A DNA stretch of 32,000 bases from Candidatus Cloacimonadales bacterium (GTDB lineage: Bacteria > Cloacimonadota > Cloacimonadia > Cloacimonadales > WRIO01). The DNA is taken from positions 1,119,605 to 1,151,604 of the forward strand of contig CAXXTW010000002.1 of NCBI GenBank assembly GCA_963678255.2, given 5' to 3'. The notes under the pieces were generated by a model. That model made no database searches. It was not told the origin of the DNA and worked only from the letters and a program-made list of their open reading frames with translations. The position numbers were made by a program, and so were the translations under genes. Below are positions 1-9,249 of the stretch, one piece after another; within the stretch, counting starts at the first letter, position 1; every line of letters begins with the position of its first letter.

Positions 1-172
1 ATTCTCGCTGATAAGTGACAGGGTTTATAATTGATTTAGAAATTGGAACATATTGTTCAGCTTGTCCGGAAACCCCTGTACCATCAGGGTAAGGATTTTG
101 AGTTAGTCCTCTTTCAACTGCATTAAGCCCCAAGAAGGCTATTGATAGTAATAGTAGAATTGCTTTCTTCAT
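1..172 (-). CDS. 5' end of an exported protein (first 57 codons; gene continues past the window start)
   Basis: Reverse strand reads GGAGGAGAC then ATG (complement of 170-172), then MKKAILLLLSIAFLGLNAVERGLTQNPYPDGTGVSGQAEQYVPISK..., open to the window edge. The N-terminus looks like a signal peptide. Too short for the ORF track. Confidence 0.55.
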   Translation of the reverse strand, partial: MKKAILLLLSIAFLGLNAVERGLTQNPYPDGTGVSGQAEQYVPISKSIINPVTYQRE

Positions 173-331
173 GTCTCCTCCATTTTATTTTGATCTATAA
201 TACTAATTATTCTTTAAGATTATCCCTTTGAAATAGAGATTAAACAATAGATTATACTTAAGAAGTTAATTAATAATTCGTCAAGTAATTTTATTTACAT
301 GATTAATAATATGGTAAATTTTAAAATTCAA

Positions 332-494
332 GGCGAACACACAGGTTCAAATTTATCAATGGTATTCGATGTTTAATGATCATTTGTTGTTTAAATATTC
401 AGGGCGAACACACAGGTTCAAATTTATCAATGGTATTCGATGTTTAATGATCATTTGTTGTTTAAATATTCAGGGCGAACACACAGGTTCGCCC
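332..494. repeat. 71-bp tandem direct repeat (2 full units plus a 17-nt partial third) ending in a GC-rich hairpin
   Basis: Units at 332-402 and 403-473 look identical by eye. The third unit starts at 474 (GGCGAACACACAGGTTC) and then diverges to GCCCC. That creates a perfect 8-bp hairpin, GGGCGAAC (473-480) / GTTCGCCC (487-494), with loop ACACAG. Confidence 0.9.
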
Positions 495-608
495 CTACAA
501 AACATTGATCAATGGTATTTAATTTTTAATAAATATACCAAAGTTATTGGGACGATAATCCCAAGGCTAATGGTGTTATTTATTTGGAATGAGTACATAC
601 ATATTTTA

Positions 609-637
609 TAAGAAAAAGGCACGAAACTTCGCGCCTT
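609..637 (-). terminator. Rho-independent terminator of the 694-4821 gene
   Basis: Reverse strand reads AAGGCGCG-aagttt-CGTGCCTT (one mismatch) followed by TTTTTCT. It lies 57 nt downstream of the minus-strand stop at 694. Confidence 0.6.
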
Positions 638-693
638 AGATACTATTATTTTTCATTAAAAATGAAGATATATCTTATGTTTTTCACATGATA

Positions 694-3600
694 CTATTTC
701 ACCAGCAACATCTTTTTGGTTTCTTTTACATTTTTAGTAGATAATTTGTAAAAATACAAGCCTGAAGAGACTCTTTGACCAGCTTGGTTTTTACCATTCC
801 AATCAATTTCATAATGATCTGCTACTTGATGTGTATTCACTAATTCTTTTACAAACTGTCCCTTTACATTAAAGATTTGAATTTTTACATCTGAATCTTC
901 TACAATAGCATATTTTATTTTAGTAGAAGGATTGAAAGGATTTGGATAATTACCAACCAATCTGGATTTTGCGGGTAAAGTGTGATCTATAAAATCATCA
1001 GAATTAAGAGAAACGCGATAGAACTGTTTTTGTTCCAATAAGTTTAGAGGAACAATTTCATATTTTTCTCTAGTAAAATTATAAACTGCATATTCTGTAA
1101 TTTTTTGATCTGTATTCCCCATTTCAGAGGTATGGAATCTGAATTCAACATTGTTAAGACTATCAGGCAAATCGCAAATAAAAGCGTTAATTTGCACAGT
1201 ATCACCATAGACTACTTCAGCACCATAACAGACGCCATTTATGTAAAAGGCAATCTCAGAATTACTTTTACATTTCTTTTTCATAGCTGTATCTAAAACA
1301 ACAAATAGAGGAATATAATCAGCTTTCTCATTAAAAGAGTAATATTCAGGATAGGGTTCTGAATAAGGCATTGTAGATGTCGTATCAGAGCTTGTGTACC
1401 AGTTAAAATCTTTATCTCTAGTGCCAGTATATCTAATAGACACAGCTTCTCCCTGATTGATTAAGGGCTTTCTATTGGGGATATTCCAGTTTTTTGTTTT
1501 ATCTGTTCTATTGATTGACCAGTTTTGAGTTTTAATCTCAATCAAATCTCCTGCAATTTCAGCTAAAGCGATCAAAGGATCCTGACTTTTAGGATTAAAA
1601 TACCCAATCCATTGTTCTGTATAAGGTTGAGATTGACAAGCTTTTATACTTAGCTTTTTGTCGTTATTACCGATCGTACCGCATAAAAAACCTGAGCTAA
1701 CCAAGAATTCAGATTTTGATCCTTCTGATAATTTTAGTTTATAACCAATCCTGCTATCTACAGTTTCGTTAGAATTTACCCAAGTATCTGATTCATAAGA
1801 CAACTTTTTATATCCAGAGTATATCCATTCCATGTTTTCAATAAAAGGATTTTGAGAATTCAATAAATTGTTATTCTCATAATCGTTTAAAATATAATAT
1901 AATTTATCTACATCAAAATAAGTAGTAGTTGAATAGAGTTTATCAAGATAAGGGAAACTGATCCAGTAAATTCTTTCTTTATCTTCTGATTGAGAGAAGT
2001 TGTGAATCATTGTCCCATGAGGGTAATAGATAGCACCAATATCTTTTCTAGTCCCGTCAGCATCTCGATCATCTGAGTCAGTCAACCAATCCTGTCCATC
2101 TTCATCAAGATCAGGTTTACCATTATCGATACAGATTGATTTATCCTGTGCAGACCAAATCGGAGTAAAAGTAAACGTATTCAAATTGGTAAAATTGCTG
2201 ACAATATTATTATTTCCTGAAAAATCTCCAGCAGAATAGAAAAAGTTATACTCAATGTGAGGTGTTGAGCCATTCAGATTTAGAGCAGTTATATCACAAT
2301 TTTCAAAAATATTGTTGATAACTCTCACCAAATTTGTACCATTGGTATTAATCCCATAACCCTGAATATTTTTAAAAGTATTGTTAACAACTGAAGAGGA
2401 TTTTTGAGTTAGATTGGGAAGCTCAGATGAATTTCCATTTGCAGAAAAATCTAGTGCACTGATTATTGACCTGTAAGTTTCAAATTTATAAAAAAGGTTT
2501 TGAGTAACAGACAAAGAAGTTGCCTTAAATTTTTCCACATATTTAATCCCAGTAGAATTTAAGTTTTTAAACTGGTTATTCTGAATAGATATATCACATG
2601 TACTATAATAGAAGGGATCATCATCCTGATCATAATCTGCACTGAAAAGTTGTATAGCCGGTTTTTGCATAAGAGAGTTATTCTCAGTTCCTGTAAAAGT
2701 ACAATTTTTTATATCAATGCTTTTTGTTTGATCAGCTCTCAAAACAAAGATATCTTTTGCGAAATTCTGTGATTGATTATAGGTAAAAGAGCATCCGTCA
2801 AATAAGATTGAAGTCGGGCAAACATCACTATAAACAAAGACAGCACCGCCACCCATAATTCCATTAAACTGTTCTGTATCATTAGTTGTGACAGTATTAT
2901 TGGAAAAGGTGCAACTTTTAAAGACAGCTCCACCGTTAAGACCTACAGCAGCACCCCCATCTCCTCCCTTGAAAGTATTATTTTTAAATAAACATTCAAT
3001 AAAAAGAGGTTGATTGGTTTGCCCAGCAATACCTTCAACATAAACACCTAACCCCATATATTCTTTCTGATTGATAGGATTAGAATTATTTAATCGCACA
3101 TTATGTTCATTAAAATGACATTTTTTTATAGTTGGAGAAGCTCCATTCAGGAGTTTTAACTGTCCGACAATATTAGCTTCATTAAATCTTAAGTTTTCAA
3201 GTATATCACGATTATCAATCAAGCTGTCTTTGAGGATAAGCTCATCAATAATAGCATAAGCTTCGTCTGAATACAATTTTATATGTTTATATTTCCATCC
3301 AGTTCCAGTGTAATTACCGCATAATAACCGGATAGAGCCACCATCCTGAATCTTACTGAAGGCTTGATTAAGAGTCGGATAATCCGTAGGAACTTCAATG
3401 AGTTTATCAGGATTATGCTTTAATAAAGCTACTTGATTATTCTGTCCTGTGTTAAAAACTACATTTTCTGCTTGGTACCATTCATAATCTCCACTACTAT
3501 GAAAAATATTGATATCATAAGGAACGTGGGCTTCAATATTAGGCACTTGTAATGTTGAACCAGAGGAATAATAGACTTGTTTTAAATTAGTATTCTTATT

Positions 3601-4821
3601 AATCATTTCAATGATAGCTGAACCGCTAAAAAGCCCAGTACTCAAATTGGTAGTAAAATTCACTTGGCAAAGTGGTTTAATGTCATAAACCATTCTTTGT
3701 CTGTAATTAAATTGTTCATTTTGTGGTCCAAGAGCATTTAGCGACCACCATTGATTTGCATAATAAGATCCCCATCCCCAATTAACACAGTATAGATGAT
3801 TGTTAGGATCGGTAAAGTTATAACCTTTAAGAATAAATGCATGACCTGAATGTGGATCTTCCTCATCAGTTGTACCAATATAAAGAACAGGTAAATTGTT
3901 ATTTATGTTTGATTGTATTAAAGATTCCCAAATAGCACCCGATCCGTTTCTATCTAGTAATTTAGAAGAATAACCTGTTTTAGCATAAGTATTAACATAT
4001 TCATCACTAGAAGAAGAAGAACCGGTATGACCAAAGCTCATTTTGCATAGTACTGCTGTTGCAAATGAAATATGTCCTTTTTGAGTGCTTGATAAATATG
4101 GATTACCTGACTGATAAGAATTTGAAACTGTTGCCATATATCCATTTAAGGTTGTAAAATCAGGGAAACTATAGATTTGTGCATTCTGATCAATTTGAAT
4201 AGCAATTGGATCTATATAGTGAACGTAAGAGTATTGATCTTGAGCATTAAAAGTATGATTAAAGTACTTGTGATAATTTATAATTTGCACAATAGCTGTC
4301 GCTCCGCAACCTACATAACATCTTGTTCCATTCACTAAAGGACAAAACGCATTGTATATCCCATCTTGATTCCAATCAACTTCCATTTCAATGTTTTTGA
4401 TTTGTTTGGATTTTCTAATTTTATTATTTATTAGCAAATTCCATTCATTTGTAGCCTCTTGATTTTTAAGTTTTTGAGTAAGAGAGTAATTAATCTGATT
4501 TTTTAATTCTTCAAGTAGAGCTTTCTGACTAGGATTTAGATGATCAATAATTTGGTTTTCACTTGAATAGGCTAAGACAGGACTAATTGTATTATCCGCA
4601 CTCATAATCACAAAGCCCTGAGGATCAAAATCAACCATTAATAATTGTGTTTGATTGTCATCATTGGTAACAGGGTATAAATTCATTATTTTACTATTCA
4701 ACCCTGTTTGAGCATTAAACCAGTTTTTAGCAGCTTGAACAATTTGTTCTTCTTTTAAAGGTAAAGAACATAGCATTAAAGAAATTGACAAAAACAACAG
4801 AAAGAATCCCAATCTTTTCAT
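694..4821 (-). CDS. Secreted multidomain C10-family (streptopain-like) cysteine peptidase with parallel beta-helix repeats and a T9SS/FlgD-Ig-type C-terminal sorting domain
   Basis: Signal peptide MKRLGFFLLFLSISLMLCS and GGAG RBS. N-terminal Spi-like propeptide (FVIMSADNTISPVLAYSSEN). Catalytic Cys motif VGCGATAIVQIINYH, His motif SGHAFILKGY and VNWGWG. Middle region has repetitive N-x-T/F beta-helix-like repeats. C-terminus NYPNPFNPSTKIKY...SGLYFYKL...KMLLVK. Confidence 0.8.
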   Translation of the reverse strand: MKRLGFFLLFLSISLMLCSLPLKEEQIVQAAKNWFNAQTGLNSKIMNLYPVTNDDNQTQLLMVDFDPQGFVIMSADNTISPVLAYSSENQIIDHLNPSQKALLEELKNQINYSLTQKLKNQEATNEWNLLINNKIRKSKQIKNIEMEVDWNQDGIYNAFCPLVNGTRCYVGCGATAIVQIINYHKYFNHTFNAQDQYSYVHYIDPIAIQIDQNAQIYSFPDFTTLNGYMATVSNSYQSGNPYLSSTQKGHISFATAVLCKMSFGHTGSSSSSDEYVNTYAKTGYSSKLLDRNGSGAIWESLIQSNINNNLPVLYIGTTDEEDPHSGHAFILKGYNFTDPNNHLYCVNWGWGSYYANQWWSLNALGPQNEQFNYRQRMVYDIKPLCQVNFTTNLSTGLFSGSAIIEMINKNTNLKQVYYSSGSTLQVPNIEAHVPYDINIFHSSGDYEWYQAENVVFNTGQNNQVALLKHNPDKLIEVPTDYPTLNQAFSKIQDGGSIRLLCGNYTGTGWKYKHIKLYSDEAYAIIDELILKDSLIDNRDILENLRFNEANIVGQLKLLNGASPTIKKCHFNEHNVRLNNSNPINQKEYMGLGVYVEGIAGQTNQPLFIECLFKNNTFKGGDGGAAVGLNGGAVFKSCTFSNNTVTTNDTEQFNGIMGGGAVFVYSDVCPTSILFDGCSFTYNQSQNFAKDIFVLRADQTKSIDIKNCTFTGTENNSLMQKPAIQLFSADYDQDDDPFYYSTCDISIQNNQFKNLNSTGIKYVEKFKATSLSVTQNLFYKFETYRSIISALDFSANGNSSELPNLTQKSSSVVNNTFKNIQGYGINTNGTNLVRVINNIFENCDITALNLNGSTPHIEYNFFYSAGDFSGNNNIVSNFTNLNTFTFTPIWSAQDKSICIDNGKPDLDEDGQDWLTDSDDRDADGTRKDIGAIYYPHGTMIHNFSQSEDKERIYWISFPYLDKLYSTTTYFDVDKLYYILNDYENNNLLNSQNPFIENMEWIYSGYKKLSYESDTWVNSNETVDSRIGYKLKLSEGSKSEFLVSSGFLCGTIGNNDKKLSIKACQSQPYTEQWIGYFNPKSQDPLIALAEIAGDLIEIKTQNWSINRTDKTKNWNIPNRKPLINQGEAVSIRYTGTRDKDFNWYTSSDTTSTMPYSEPYPEYYSFNEKADYIPLFVVLDTAMKKKCKSNSEIAFYINGVCYGAEVVYGDTVQINAFICDLPDSLNNVEFRFHTSEMGNTDQKITEYAVYNFTREKYEIVPLNLLEQKQFYRVSLNSDDFIDHTLPAKSRLVGNYPNPFNPSTKIKYAIVEDSDVKIQIFNVKGQFVKELVNTHQVADHYEIDWNGKNQAGQRVSSGLYFYKLSTKNVKETKKMLLVK

Positions 4822-5179
4822 ACAATACTCCTTTTTTTTGACCTTACTTTTTAAACGTTTTACAACGTTTGTATGTCAACACTATGATAAATTAGCAATA
4901 AATGTTCCACATTAGAAATTAGAGTTTTTTTTTTGCTTTTATAAAATTTAGTTCAATAATATTAGTTTAATTTTGCAAATACGAAAAAATAAAACTTCTA
5001 AAATGACGCTTGTAATGGGTGTTCTAATTTTTTCTATTCTTAACAAGAATAAATTTATATTAATAAACAAAAAAAACTTGCCAAAAAAAACACAGTTTCA
5101 CAAAATTAACATTCTCTTAACTGGATGCTTATCCAGAAATAATTTTAGAGATTATATTATAGATAAAAATGGAGGAAAA

Positions 5180-7789
5180 ATGAAAAAACTAATTACTTTA
5201 ACCTTTTTTATAATGTTGCTTTGCTCTTTTCTTTTTGCAGACAATATTATTCCAACCAGAACTGATGTTGCTGGATTTTCAACATGGACAGACACAAGTG
5301 TTGCAGGTACCACATATCTTCAGTTAGTTGTAGCTGGAGCTTCAACTATCACTCCAGCTATGGATTTTAATGGTTATACAGCAGAAACATTAAATTTCAA
5401 AGCTCGTACATATGCTGGAACGGACATAACTGAAACCACCATCTATATAGCAATATCTACAGATAATGGTTCAAACTGGACTGTTATAACAACTAGAGTT
5501 CCTGGAAGTTCTACATTAACAGCTATGGATTCAATTGATTTGAGCAGTTACAATGGTACACAAGTTAAGATAAAATTCTCTGTTGCTGGCACAAGTAACA
5601 CTATTGGAGCTGGTATTGATGATATTACTATTACAGGTACCCCTGCCCCAACTGGTCCTACAATTACTCTTACCCCTACTACTTTATCTGGGTTTACTTA
5701 TGTACAAGGAGCAGGACCATCAGAAGTACAAGCATTTGTTGTTAGTGGTTCAAGTTTAACAAATGATATCACTATAGATGCTCCAACTAATTACGAAATT
5801 TCTAAAACCAGTGGAAGTGGCTATACATCTCCATTAACATTTACAGAATCAAGTGGTACGGTTACTACACAAACTGTATATGTACGTCTTAAAGCAGGAT
5901 TAACTGCAGCAAGTTATAACAGTGAAGCTATTACAGCCACTTCAACTGGAGCTACTGATAAAACTGTGACTTGTAGTGGTACGATCTATAAACCAGAAGC
6001 ATCTAATCATGTAACTTCTTTTAATGCCTCTACAGGGTCTCCATCCTCATCGAGTATTAATTTTACATGGACTGCTCCTTCTGAAGGAATCTTCCCTGAT
6101 GGATATCTAATCCGTGGAAGCAATGTTTCTTATGCTGCGATCAGCAATCCTTCTGATGGAACACCTGTGTCAGATTCAGGATTAGATAAAAACATAACTT
6201 ATGGAACCAATAACTATACATTTTCTGGATTAACAGATAATACAACCTATTACTTCAAGATTTTCCCTTATACAAATACTTCAACGAATATTAATTACAA
6301 AACAGATGATCAAGTACCAAATGTTTTAAAAACAACAGATATCAGCCAATACCTTATTAACGAAGGCTTCAATGCTGGGACATCTGCTCCTTCAGGGTGG
6401 ATATTTACAAATATTGGAGGAACATATCCAACCTCAGGAAATTATGGAAATTCTTCTCCTTCAATTAAATTTGATAATAGTAATGATCGAGTTGAAACAA
6501 ATACTTTTACAAATCCTGGGAAACTAAGCTTTTGGCTAAAAGGTATGGGTGCAACTGGATCTTTAAAAATTGAAGCTTATTATAATTCAACATGGAATGA
6601 AGTAAATAATATTACATCATTACCAACAACAGGTACAGTATATGAATATTTATTAAACCATTCAGCCACACAAGTTAGGTTTACTTATACCAAATCTTCG
6701 AGTAATATTGCTTTAGATGATGTAACAGTTACTCGAGCATCTACTTATGAGTCAGGGTCTGCTTTTTCAGTCCCATCGATTACACCTACTGGAAATTTCC
6801 AAGTGATTGGAAGATTTAAAATTCATGCTTTTGAAACAGGTGCAACATTAAACTCAATAACTGTTAAATTAAATGGAACTGGTTTATCAGGAATAACTTC
6901 ACTTGATTTACACAAATCTTCTAACGATACATTTGAATATGATGAAAATAAAAAGCTTGCTTATGAGTCAGTTGATCTTAATACTCTTGCTAATATTGAT
7001 TTACAAGTTCAAGGTGGTGATATTATTAGTACAGGAGACACGTATTATTTTTTAACAATTAATACTCAAAATGCCACAGGGACAATTAAACCAGATTTAA
7101 TAGCGTTAAATGTAACAGACGGAAATGTTTCTGATTTTACTAATCCTTCTCCATTATCAGATTCTGATGCTCAAACTTTGCCAGTTGAACTTTCTTCTTT
7201 CACAGCTATTCCAAATGCTGTAAATCAGTCAGTAACCTTAAACTGGATTACCCAGTCAGAGACAGATTTAGTCGGTTATTATGTTTATAGAAGCAATGAT
7301 AATAGTTTAGAAACTGCGAACAGATATAGCAATATCATCACCGGCACCAATACTTCAACACAACAAAACTACACTTGGACAGACAGTAATGTTGAAGCTG
7401 GAGATTACTATTACTGGTTAATGTCAGTTGATCGTGATGGTTCTACAGATTTTTACGGTCCTGTTGCTGCAAAAGTTCTACCATCAAATCCTGAAATTCC
7501 GACAATTGGGATCAAAACTGCTTTCAATAGTATTTATCCGAACCCATTCAATCCTTCAACATCTTTAGCTTATAGCTTAGAAAATGCAGGCGATGTAAAA
7601 ATAACTATCTACAATATCAAAGGTGAAATTGTTAAAGTTATTTACCAAAACAATAAAGCTGCAGGCAACCACGCTGTTGTTTGGAATGGAACCGATTCTA
7701 ATTCAAAAACATGTGGAAGCGGAGTTTATTTCTTCAAATTGGAATCAGGAAAATATAATCTAACTAAAAAAGCTCTTTTAGTTAAATAA
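5180..7789 (+). CDS. Secreted surface protein with two MAM/choice-of-anchor-J-like beta-sandwich domains, an Fn3-like region and a T9SS/FlgD-Ig-type C-terminal sorting domain
   Basis: I place the start at ATG 5180 (GGAGG at 5171-5175; MKKLITLTFFIMLLCSFLFA signal peptide), not the TTG at 4973. Motifs IDDITITG and ALDDVTVT end the two beta-sandwich domains. C-terminus IYPNPFNPSTSLAY...SGVYFFKL...KALLVK. Confidence 0.7.
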   Translation: MKKLITLTFFIMLLCSFLFADNIIPTRTDVAGFSTWTDTSVAGTTYLQLVVAGASTITPAMDFNGYTAETLNFKARTYAGTDITETTIYIAISTDNGSNWTVITTRVPGSSTLTAMDSIDLSSYNGTQVKIKFSVAGTSNTIGAGIDDITITGTPAPTGPTITLTPTTLSGFTYVQGAGPSEVQAFVVSGSSLTNDITIDAPTNYEISKTSGSGYTSPLTFTESSGTVTTQTVYVRLKAGLTAASYNSEAITATSTGATDKTVTCSGTIYKPEASNHVTSFNASTGSPSSSSINFTWTAPSEGIFPDGYLIRGSNVSYAAISNPSDGTPVSDSGLDKNITYGTNNYTFSGLTDNTTYYFKIFPYTNTSTNINYKTDDQVPNVLKTTDISQYLINEGFNAGTSAPSGWIFTNIGGTYPTSGNYGNSSPSIKFDNSNDRVETNTFTNPGKLSFWLKGMGATGSLKIEAYYNSTWNEVNNITSLPTTGTVYEYLLNHSATQVRFTYTKSSSNIALDDVTVTRASTYESGSAFSVPSITPTGNFQVIGRFKIHAFETGATLNSITVKLNGTGLSGITSLDLHKSSNDTFEYDENKKLAYESVDLNTLANIDLQVQGGDIISTGDTYYFLTINTQNATGTIKPDLIALNVTDGNVSDFTNPSPLSDSDAQTLPVELSSFTAIPNAVNQSVTLNWITQSETDLVGYYVYRSNDNSLETANRYSNIITGTNTSTQQNYTWTDSNVEAGDYYYWLMSVDRDGSTDFYGPVAAKVLPSNPEIPTIGIKTAFNSIYPNPFNPSTSLAYSLENAGDVKITIYNIKGEIVKVIYQNNKAAGNHAVVWNGTDSNSKTCGSGVYFFKLESGKYNLTKKALLVK

Positions 7790-7808
7790 ATCTTAATTCT
7801 AATCCCTA

Positions 7809-7841
7809 TTAAGGCAGATCAGCAGATCTGCCTTAATTTCT
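7809..7841 (+). terminator. Rho-independent terminator
   Basis: Perfect 12-bp stem TTAAGGCAGATC-agc-GATCTGCCTTAA followed by TTTCTT, 20 nt after the stop at 7789. Confidence 0.75.
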
Positions 7842-7951
7842 TATCGGATATCTATCATATTGTTCTTTTGTCTCATAATAACGATCATCAAAAAAAAACA
7901 TTGACTATAATCCCTACTTTTCTATTTTCTTCACTAAAGATGGAGGTATAT

Positions 7952-9238
7952 ATGAAACGCATTCTAATTATTTTAATAACTATTAGTTTACTATTTGTTT
8001 TATCATGTAATAAAGGCGGTAACACGGCTAAGGGAAAAGTAGAAATTACTTTCTGGCATGCATTGGGCGGTCCCCTTGGCGAAGCATTAACGCAAATGGT
8101 TGATGAATTTAATCAAACGCATAAGGATATTCATGTAAATGCGATCTCTATGGGAAATTATCAAGCATTATCTCAGAAATTAATGGCTTCCATTCAGGCA
8201 AGTAATCAACCAGAGATTGCTCAGGTCTATGAGTCTTGGACAGCTAATCTTATCTCTGGTGATGTCATTGTTCCATTGAATCAATATATTGATAATGATA
8301 AAGAATTTAAAGCAAATATGCAGGATATCTATCCAATATTTTTAGATAGTAATACTGTAAATGGACAACTATGGTCTTTCCCTTTTAATAAATCTGTTCG
8401 TGTGATGTATTATAACAAAGATATGTTTTATAAAAACAAATTAAATCCTGATCAACCACCTGTAAATTGGGATGAATTTAGAAAAGTATCAAAACAGCTT
8501 ACCATCGATACAAATAAAGATGGGAAACCAGAAGTTTGGGGTACAAACTTAGCTATAAGTGCTTGGCAATTCGAAAACCTACTACTTCAAGCAGGAGGGC
8601 AAATCATGGATCCTACCTATACAAAACCTATGTTTAACAGTCAGGAAGGCATTCAAGCACTTGATTTCATGAACAATCTCCTGAATGTAGATAAAACAGC
8701 TTATCTTTCTACAGGTTATGAAGGACAAAATGACTTTCTTGCTGGCAAAGTAGCGATGTATGAAAGTTCAAGTGTTTCATATGCTTATATGAAAAAAGCA
8801 GGTATCACTTTCAATTTGGGTATTGCTCCCATCCCTGTTCAAAAAACAAATTATTCCATTATCAGTGGAACAAATGTTTGTATCTTTAAGAAAAATGATC
8901 CGGCAAAAGAAGCAGCTGCCTGGGAATTTATAAAATGGTTTACTGACACGAAACAAACGGCAAAATTCTCAGAAATGACATCCTATATGCCTGTAAGAAA
9001 AAGTGCCATGAACGAAACAAATATCAAGAATATGCTTCAGGAACATCCTGAATTAGTTGGAGTTTACGCTCAATTAGAACATGCGAAATTTGAACCTCAA
9101 ATCCCAGAGTGGTTTGAGTTAAGAAAGTATTTTGAAGAACAGGTTCTAGAAAAAGTTTTTAGAAAGACAATGACTTCTAAACAAGCTTTAAAGAACGCTG
9201 AAGACAAATTTTTAAAAGATTTAAAAAAAAGTAAATAA
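7952..9238 (+). CDS. ABC transporter extracellular solute-binding lipoprotein (sugar-binding, family 1-like)
   Basis: Start moved to ATG 7952 (GGAGG at 7942-7946). Lipoprotein signal MKRILIILITISLLFVLSC. EITFWHALGG...YNKDMF... is the typical pattern of a carbohydrate SBP. No permease or ATPase gene is adjacent. Confidence 0.75.
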   Translation: MKRILIILITISLLFVLSCNKGGNTAKGKVEITFWHALGGPLGEALTQMVDEFNQTHKDIHVNAISMGNYQALSQKLMASIQASNQPEIAQVYESWTANLISGDVIVPLNQYIDNDKEFKANMQDIYPIFLDSNTVNGQLWSFPFNKSVRVMYYNKDMFYKNKLNPDQPPVNWDEFRKVSKQLTIDTNKDGKPEVWGTNLAISAWQFENLLLQAGGQIMDPTYTKPMFNSQEGIQALDFMNNLLNVDKTAYLSTGYEGQNDFLAGKVAMYESSSVSYAYMKKAGITFNLGIAPIPVQKTNYSIISGTNVCIFKKNDPAKEAAAWEFIKWFTDTKQTAKFSEMTSYMPVRKSAMNETNIKNMLQEHPELVGVYAQLEHAKFEPQIPEWFELRKYFEEQVLEKVFRKTMTSKQALKNAEDKFLKDLKKSK

Positions 9239-9249
9239 TAGGAGAAAGA

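Noticed and set aside
332-494. Possible CRISPR array (regularly spaced repeats)
   Set aside because: The whole 71-bp unit is repeated identically, so the would-be spacers are identical too. There are only about 2.2 copies and no cas genes. This is a simple tandem duplication.
369-611. 80-aa ORF from the track
   Set aside because: It lies entirely across the 71-bp tandem repeat, so its translation is itself repetitive. It has no RBS and sits in an intergenic control region. Treated as spurious.
4973-5179. N-terminal extensions of tracked ORFs (4973-5179; also 7868-7951 and 23754-23792)
   Set aside because: In each case an internal ATG is preceded by a GGAGG-type RBS. For the two exported proteins it also begins a clean signal or lipoprotein peptide. 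The upstream parts are AT-rich intergenic-like sequence.
7952-9238. Orphan sugar-binding protein directly upstream of thrS as an unusual operon
   Set aside because: Solute-binding proteins are often encoded away from their permeases, and the 11-nt spacing to thrS alone does not imply a functional link. Noted but not considered significant.
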